A stretch of DNA of 63,980 nucleotides, filler included, from Sphacelaria rigidula (taxonomy: Eukaryota): the NCBI GenBank assembly GCA_964200075.2. It is 3 parts of 3 records of this genome, joined end to end, with 100 filler letters (N's around TTAATTAATTAA, not from the genome) between each part and the next. Parts side by side here need not be neighbours in the genome. Positions count along the whole stretch, not along the records: positions 43,569 to 63,980 come from CAXNAA020000531.1; 2 more parts are not named here. One strand, given 5' to 3'. A model generated the notes under the pieces. That model worked only from the letters and a program-made list of their open reading frames with translations. It was not told the DNA's origin and ran no database searches. How positions within the stretch are numbered: the stretch's first letter is position 1; each line of letters opens with the position of its first letter. The position numbers were made by a program, and so were the translations under genes. Shown here piece by piece: positions 57,612 to 63,980 of the stretch.

Positions 57612-60110
57612 ACATTGTGGTCAATGTCATGCAAAACGATCCCTCAACAAGAACATGATTGTCCATGTGATATGTTTGTTCACTCCGAAAAAAAACAGCG
57701 TTCAAATGCGACCCCGGACGACGGTTTGGGTCGTAAGAGTTTTGAGATTGGAAGTTGGGATTCCCGATCCCAAAATTACAAGAGTAAGTTATCCAATAAT
57801 GGTTCTATACCAGTACATTGTGGTCCATGTCATGCCAAACGATATTTCATCAAGACCATTGTGGTCCATGTCATGCTAAACAAATCCTCAGCAAGACCAT
57901 TGTTGTCCATGTCATCCAAAACGATTCGCACAAGAGATCATTGTGGTCAATGTCATGCAAAACGATTCCCCAGCAAGAACATGATTGTCCATGTGATATT
58001 ATGTCATGCAAAACGATTCCCCGGCAAGAACATGATTGTCCATGTGATATTTTGTTCACTCCGAAAAAAAACAGCGTTCAAATGCGACACCGGACGACGG
58101 TTTGGGTCGTAAGAGTTTTGAGATTGGAAGTTGGGATTCCCGATCCCAAAATTACTAAAGTAAGTTATCCAATAATGGTTCTATACCAGTACTGAAAAAA
58201 AAACAGCTTCAAATGCGACACCGGTCGACGGTTTGTGTCGTAAGAGTTTTGAGATTGGAAGTTGGGATTCCCGATCCCAAAATTTCTAAAGTAAGTTATC
58301 CAATAATGGTTCTATACCAGTACCGAAAAAAAAGCAGCTTCAAATGCGACACCGGACGACGGTTTGTGTCGTAATAGTTTTGAGATTGAACGTTGGGATT
58401 CCCGATCCCAAAATTTCTAAAGTAAGTAATCCAATAATGGTTCTATACCAGTACATTGTGGTCCATGTCATGCCAAACGATATCTCATCAAGACCATTGT
58501 TGTCCATGTCATGCCAAACAACTCCTCAGCAAGACCATTGTTGTCCATGTCATGCTAACAAACTTCTCAGAAAAACCATTGTGGTCGATGTCATGCAAAA
58601 CGATTCCCCAGCAAGAACATGATTGTCCATGTGATATATTTGTTCACTCCGAAAAATAACAGCGTTCAAATGCGACACCGGACGACGGTTTGTGTCGTAA
58701 GAGTTTTGAGATTGGAAGTTGGGATTCCCGATCCCAAAATTACTAAAGTAAGTTATCCAATAATGGTTCTATACCCGCACAGTGTCGTCCATGTCATGCT
58801 AAAAGACTTCTCAGAAAAACTATTGTGGTCGATGTCATGCCAAACGATTCCTCAACAAGAACATGATTGTCCATGTGATATATTTGTTCACTCCGAAAAA
58901 AAAACAGCGTTCAAATGCGACACCGGACGACGGTTTGTGTCGTGAGAGTTTTGAGATTGAACGTTGGGATTCCCGATCCCAAAATTACTAAAGTAAGTTA
59001 TCCAATAATGGTTCTATACCAGTACATTGTGGTCCATGTCATGCTAAAAGACTTCTCAAAAAATCCATTGTGGTCGATGTCATGCCAAACGATTCCTCAA
59101 CAAGAACATGATTGTCCATGTGATATATTTGTTCACTCCGAAAAATAACAGCGTTCAAATGCGACACCGGACGACGGTTTGTGTCGTGAGAGTTTTGAGA
59201 TTGGAAGTTGGGATTCCCGATCCCAAAATTACTAAAGTAAGTTATCCAATAATTGTTCTATACCAGTACATTGTGGTCCATGTCATGCTAAAAGACTTCT
59301 CAAAAAATCTATTGTGGTCGATGTCATGCCAAACGATTCCCCAGCAAGAACATGATTGTCCATGTGATATATTTGTTCACTCCGAAAAAAAAACAGCGTT
59401 CAAATGCGTCACCGGACGACGGTTTTTGTCGTGAGAGTTTTGAGATTGGAAGTTGGGATTCCCAATCCCAAAATTACTAAAGTAAGTTATCCAATAATGG
59501 TTCTATACCAGCACATTGTGGTCCATGTCATGCTGAACGATTTCTCAGCAAGACGTTGTCCATGTCATCCAAAACGATTCGCACAAGAGATCATTGTGGT
59601 CAATGTCATGCAAAACGTTTCCTCAGAAAGAACATCATTGTCCATGTGATATATTTGTTCACTCCGAATAACAGCGTTCAAATGCGACACCGGACGACGG
59701 TTTGTGTCGTAAGAGTTTTGAGATTGACATTTGGGATTCCCGGTCCCAAAATTACTTGAGAAAGTTTTTCAAAAATGATTCTATGTCATGCCAAACGATT
59801 CATCAGCGAAAACCATGTTGTCCATGTCATCCAAAACGATTCGCTGGAGAGATCATTGTGGTCGATGTCATGCAAAACGATTCCTCAGCAAAACCATTGT
59901 TGTCCATCCCACACCGCTCTTCTACCCTTCTCAGTAAAAGAATACTTAACCCTAGGCCTCAAAGTCACTTTTCAGTGAGGCTAGTTTATTACATTAACTC
60001 CGAAAACAAACAGCGTTCAAATGGGATCGACACCGGACGACGGTTTGTGTCGTGAGGGTTTTGAGATTGGAAGTTGGGATTCCCGATCCGAAAATTTCCA
60101 AAGTATGTTA
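57612..60110. repeat. Modular tandem array: 10 copies of a ~131-bp hairpin module A separated by variable numbers of a ~41-bp module B
   Basis: TTGGGATTCCCGATCCCAA at ~57755, 58131, 58262, 58393, 58719, 58964, 59208, 59453, 59731, 60074; B unit CATTGTGGTCCATGTCATGCNAAACGAT..CAAGA. Confidence 0.95.
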
Positions 60111-60959
60111 TTCAATTACCAAGTCCTTGCGTGTTACGACAATCGTAGATGGAGCATTCCCTCTCTGCGACAGTATGACACGTACTTCTTTGTGGTCAAT
60201 GTGGCCCTTCTGTACGTGCGTGTCCACGACATCCTCGTAGAAGTTGGCCTTTAGCCCGGCATACTTTTGTGCCAGGGGAGTCAAGTTTTTTTCGTGAAAG
60301 CTTCTTGCGTGAAGGACCTTGTTTGAAGTTAGTCCTTTCAGGATCTTTTCCTTTGCGCTATAGGGTGGAAACAACATGGGTGAGAACACCTCGGCGATGT
60401 ACTTGACGCCAAATTCTCCCGCAGGGATTCGTTTGTCCGGGTTTGCGTGTCCTCGATAGATGACTTCTAGCGCCCACTCCGTTAGCTCCGTTTTTTCGTG
60501 CAAATTTGGGCCAAACCCCATGAGTTCGTCCATGTACAACGTGACCTTGCCTGTCTCGTTGGAACTAACGAGTCCTTCATTTATTCGTTTCTGAACTTTC
60601 TCTGTGACGTTGATTTGCTTGTCTTTCCTGTTGAGGATAGCGGATACAATCTTGACACTCTCCGCGATGTTTCTCGGGCAGTCCACCGAGGCGTTTTCGG
60701 ACAACTTGAAAAACCAGTCTCCGAGAGGTCTTAAAAACGCTGGAGTCTTCCGGCGGTGTTTCCATCTGTACTTGGACCTGGCTTCTGCGTAGGCCACGAA
60801 TACGGTTGTAACGCCACCAACGAAAAGCTCCTTTGCGATCTTCGACACGGTTGGGGCTACCACCATACCCGATGCTACCAAGAATAAGACACCGCTGGCA
60901 ACTAGAAGTCCCTGTCTGGGTTCCTCGACATTTCCGGAGAGCATTTCAGAAACATCCAT
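60108..60959 (-). CDS. Hypothetical protein with N-terminal hydrophobic segments
   Basis: 283-aa ATG ORF; LLVASGVLFLVASGMVVA and LFVGGVTTVFVAYA. Confidence 0.85.
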   Translation of the reverse strand: MDVSEMLSGNVEEPRQGLLVASGVLFLVASGMVVAPTVSKIAKELFVGGVTTVFVAYAEARSKYRWKHRRKTPAFLRPLGDWFFKLSENASVDCPRNIAESVKIVSAILNRKDKQINVTEKVQKRINEGLVSSNETGKVTLYMDELMGFGPNLHEKTELTEWALEVIYRGHANPDKRIPAGEFGVKYIAEVFSPMLFPPYSAKEKILKGLTSNKVLHARSFHEKNLTPLAQKYAGLKANFYEDVVDTHVQKGHIDHKEVRVILSQRGNAPSTIVVTRKDLVIE

Positions 60960-61013
60960 TTTTCATTCAACCTTGCAAAAGTTTTTTTTTGGTCCGTGAG
61001 GGACGCAAAATTC

Positions 61014-62522
61014 TTAAGCGTAGTACTTGACGTAAAATCCTGCGAATCTTCGAATCTGTTCTCCGAACAGCTTAATGTTGTCGTGCATGCAGACCTCCAA
61101 CGAAATCTTCAAGTCTTCTGACTTGTCCAAGAGTTGGCCAATAGCTCCGCACACGCCACTATTCACGAGCCGTTGGTAGTCTCCGTGTTTCATTGGGTTT
61201 AGCAGGGCGTTGCTGATCTGAATGTGCGCGATCCCGTCCTTTTTCTCGGGGAGCCTGTCCTTTTCCATGTAGGCGTTCCCCGTGTCGTAGTTGAGGAAGA
61301 ACTTCCTTCCTCCCCGGATGTCGACACACTCGTCCAGAGTCGTCCCCGCGCAACACCTGTAGGCCTTGGAGTTTGGTTCGAGGCAGATCATGACGTTGGT
61401 ATCCTGGCCGCTTCTCTCGAGGAGGTCTGCAAGCGCTCTGCGGTCCCTCACGGTTGGGCTCCCCATTACCACGACTTCCGCTCCGACGGCTTCGCAGAAT
61501 TTCACGACTTTTTGGAGGTGTTTCTCGATGTTGTCGTCGCCGAATTCCCCTTCTACACCGTGGAAGACGGACTGGACAGAGTACACGCTGATGCCGTACT
61601 CTCGGAATACGTTTAGTTGTTCCTTGAGGTTGTTTTGGAATACCTCGTCCCAGGGAGCGAGCTTCGTCGGCAGGATCTCGAGGCGATTGATCCCGTACCT
61701 GTCCATCAGGAACGCCACGTGCTCGTTGTGTTTCCATGCCATGTTGGACACCACCATCCGGTTCAAGACGTTTTTGTTCTTCATGGCTTCGAGTAAGATG
61801 TAGTCCGTCATGGCTTCCAAGACTTCTTTGGCGCTCCTCCCGCCGTACTTGGACGACTGGGAGTAGAATACCCTGGTGCCGACAGTGAGAGAGCTCGCGA
61901 GATCGGGGAACAAGGTGTTAACGATATCGTTGGTCTCGATGGACTCGGTGTAGAGGTTGACCGTTTTCCTCCCGTCTTCTTGTGCGACCCGGATGTCTTC
62001 CCAGAGCCAAGAGAGGGAATACCACTGGAAGCTAAAGTTGATGTTGACGTTTTCCAGGTTGTTCTTGTTCATGAGATCGTGCAGGTAGTTTTTCTTGAGG
62101 CCTACGCCGAAGAGCGCCGGGAGGCGTACGATGACGAGCTTGTCGCCAAAGTGTTGTCGTAGGAATACCTCGAGGAAGTATCTATTTTTCCCGTAGGTTG
62201 CCGTGGCTGGCACGACTTCGTCCTCGACTTGATCCAAGACTTCCGGGCTGTGGATATCGATCGTGCTGATGTGGAAGAATGTGTCGCACTTGAGCGAGAC
62301 GAGGATGTTTTTTAGAGTATCGATCTCGACCGCGTCTTGATCGGGATTGGCGTTGCCTCTCCACTTGACGGCCGGCGCACACGCAGAATAGACGCATCGA
62401 AATTCTTTTCCAACGATATCTTTGATATTCTCTGAGTTGAAGTATTCTGTTTGCGAAGGACACAAGTTTTCACGAAGGTGTGACCCGACAAACCCCGTGT
62501 ATCCCAGGAGCGCGTCCGTCAT
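61014..62522 (-). CDS. Fusion of NAD-dependent epimerase/dehydratase (SDR) and xylose-isomerase-like TIM-barrel sugar isomerase/epimerase
   Basis: MTDALLGYTGFVGSHL, ACAPAVKW, HISTIDI, YGKNR, VRLPALFG then VSNMAW, LEILPTK, VMGSP, ICLEPN, NYDTGN, HIQIS, ISLEV; start set at ATG 62522. Confidence 0.88.
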   Translation of the reverse strand: MTDALLGYTGFVGSHLRENLCPSQTEYFNSENIKDIVGKEFRCVYSACAPAVKWRGNANPDQDAVEIDTLKNILVSLKCDTFFHISTIDIHSPEVLDQVEDEVVPATATYGKNRYFLEVFLRQHFGDKLVIVRLPALFGVGLKKNYLHDLMNKNNLENVNINFSFQWYSLSWLWEDIRVAQEDGRKTVNLYTESIETNDIVNTLFPDLASSLTVGTRVFYSQSSKYGGRSAKEVLEAMTDYILLEAMKNKNVLNRMVVSNMAWKHNEHVAFLMDRYGINRLEILPTKLAPWDEVFQNNLKEQLNVFREYGISVYSVQSVFHGVEGEFGDDNIEKHLQKVVKFCEAVGAEVVVMGSPTVRDRRALADLLERSGQDTNVMICLEPNSKAYRCCAGTTLDECVDIRGGRKFFLNYDTGNAYMEKDRLPEKKDGIAHIQISNALLNPMKHGDYQRLVNSGVCGAIGQLLDKSEDLKISLEVCMHDNIKLFGEQIRRFAGFYVKYYA

Positions 62523-62662
62523 CTTGAAATGAGCTTGTGTGTGTGCTAATACAAATAGATAGTTCAACCAAAAAATAACCAACTCTTTTGGACGAAAACA
62601 AAGCAAAAAACGGTTTAATAATATTTGCTATATGTTAATCGAATAAGGAGAATAATCGTAGC

Positions 62663-63103
62663 ATGCACAAGGACAAGATAGCGTTTTTGGCCACGATCGG
62701 GTTGGTTTGCACAGCCCTCTCTCAGCTACGTAGCGACGACCCCATGCAGCAGTTCAAAGTTGGCCCCCTGACCGCCTATCAAGCGAGTCATTTCCTCATG
62801 TACCTACTCGTGGGATACGTTGATTTCCTAGGTGTAGAGGAAGTCATTGGCGCTTCCATATTGTGGAAGCTTTTTGAGTTCGGCTTCGGTAAGGCAAGTG
62901 GCCAAGAGATGTACTGGACTTCCGGGGGTGCAGACGGTCAGTTCAAAGACATCGGCTTCAACATGAGTGGGTACATTCTTGGTGTTTGGCTATCGAGTAA
63001 GTTCCCGTGTCGATTGAACAACTGTCAGAGGAAACTAATCCGAGGATACGGGTCCTCTGCCTTGGCCGTCGTGTTGATCGGGTATCTCAGAAAGTACACC
63101 TAA
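62663..63103 (+). CDS. Small multi-pass membrane protein; last 11 residues encoded by the 606-bp repeat
   Basis: 146 aa; SHFLMY..ILWKLFE..DIGFNMSG pattern; ends VVLIGYLRKYT. Confidence 0.8.
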   Translation: MHKDKIAFLATIGLVCTALSQLRSDDPMQQFKVGPLTAYQASHFLMYLLVGYVDFLGVEEVIGASILWKLFEFGFGKASGQEMYWTSGGADGQFKDIGFNMSGYILGVWLSSKFPCRLNNCQRKLIRGYGSSALAVVLIGYLRKYT

Positions 63104-63980
63104 CCCAAAACAAATGTCATCTTGAAAACTTGAAAAGTCACAGTTTTTCAAGATGATACCTGTCTCAAAATGTTGTGCTGTGAATACAGGTTGTTCGAGG
63201 CTGAAGAAAGAGGCTTGCAGCCTCTGACGAGGGTTTTTGCTTTGAAAGCAAGATGATACTTGCAAAAATGGCGGTTTGAGTCAACCGAATAGTGTTGTCT
63301 TCACTAGGTGATTTGCCCCAGTCTGCACGCTGTAAAAAGTGTCAACCTGAGATCAAGTTGATACTTCTGGAAAGAGGACGAAACCTCAAGCTATTTCACG
63401 AGGCAAAAGACACAGTTTCGACACAAGATTTGGAAACTATCAACTTGAAACGTCCGCGCGCGTTCGAGGGTTGCCTCATAATCGAAATTCAAAAACTAAA
63501 TTAGCAAAAGCAAAAGTTTCCCATGGGCTGAGATACTTTGGTGCCTCCACGACGACGGCAAGTAATTGTAAATGAGGAGCTTCTTCATCAGCGTATATGT
63601 CATGGTCAAAGAGTTCGTTGATGACGTTTATGATGTAGCAAACGAATACCAAACGAAACACATGAAGAACATCGTCGTGTTGATCGGGTATCTCAGAAAG
63701 TACACCTAACCCAAAACAAATGTCATCTTGAAAACTTGAAAAGTCACAGTTTTTCAAGATGATACCTGTCTCAAAATGTTGTGCTGTGCTATAAGTTGTT
63801 CGAGGCGAAACAGGGCTCTGTGCATGATTGTGAAAAATCTTCGATTTTGAAACCAAGATGATACTTGCAACAATGGCGGTTTGAGTCAACCGAATAGTGT
63901 TGTCTTCACTAGGTGATTTGCCCCAGTCTGCACGCTGTAAAAAGTGTCAACCTGAGATCAAGTTGATACTTCTGGAAAGA
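63067..63980 (+). repeat. ~606-bp repeat, right arm (at least 1.5 tandem copies, runs off window)
   Basis: CGTCGTGTTGATCGGGTATCTCAGAAAGTACACCTAACCC at 63067 and 63673. Confidence 0.92.

Larger units (their letters stand above)
43569..63980. mobile_element. Large dsDNA virus-like contig (Nucleocytoviricota-like; endogenous or co-assembled)
   Basis: Intron-less, closely packed ORFs with short AT-rich intergenic spacers; CxxxxxRNPxTxRC repeats typical of giant-virus proteins, stand-alone SET domain, sugar-modifying enzymes; no capsid or polymerase gene visible. Confidence 0.75.

Noticed and set aside
57032-60055. Many 60-230-aa ORFs in the repeat arrays
   Set aside because: Frames shift between copies and overlap in all phases; by-products of repetition
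57612-60110. CRISPR-like array
   Set aside because: The variable parts are diverged versions of one another and recur, not unique spacers; no cas-like ORF nearby

Overview
The window is three unrelated contigs joined by identical 100-nt artificial spacers (N44-TTAATTAATTAA-N44 at 21688-21787 and 43469-43568). Contig 1 (1-21687) is intron-rich eukaryotic DNA, probably stramenopile/brown-algal (inferred from gene style). It carries five minus-strand exons of a DNA polymerase delta subunit 3 (POLD3/Cdc27)-like gene whose 9-kb and 6.7-kb introns hold a small LTR element with TSD, a hAT-type MITE with TSD, a truncated LINE, satellites and a decayed gypsy-like element. Contig 2 (21788-43468) carries the last 12 exons of an NRPS-like reductase with architecture A-T-T-R, including one GC-AG intron. 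Contig 3 (43569-63980) is gene-dense, intron-less and looks like a large dsDNA virus (Nucleocytoviricota-like; no hallmark core gene is in the window). It encodes two ~1130-aa paralogues with arrays of 9 and 15 TQT motifs (candidate multivalent dynein light chain LC8 binders with CDK/cyclin-type motifs), a SET-domain protein, a sulfotransferase-like protein and a fused NAD-epimerase/TIM-barrel sugar isomerase. It also has three repeat families: a 71-bp tandem array, a modular hairpin-containing 2.5-kb array, and ~606-bp repeats in inverted orientation bracketing a 5.5-kb segment. All family assignments are from motif recognition by eye; no database searches were run.
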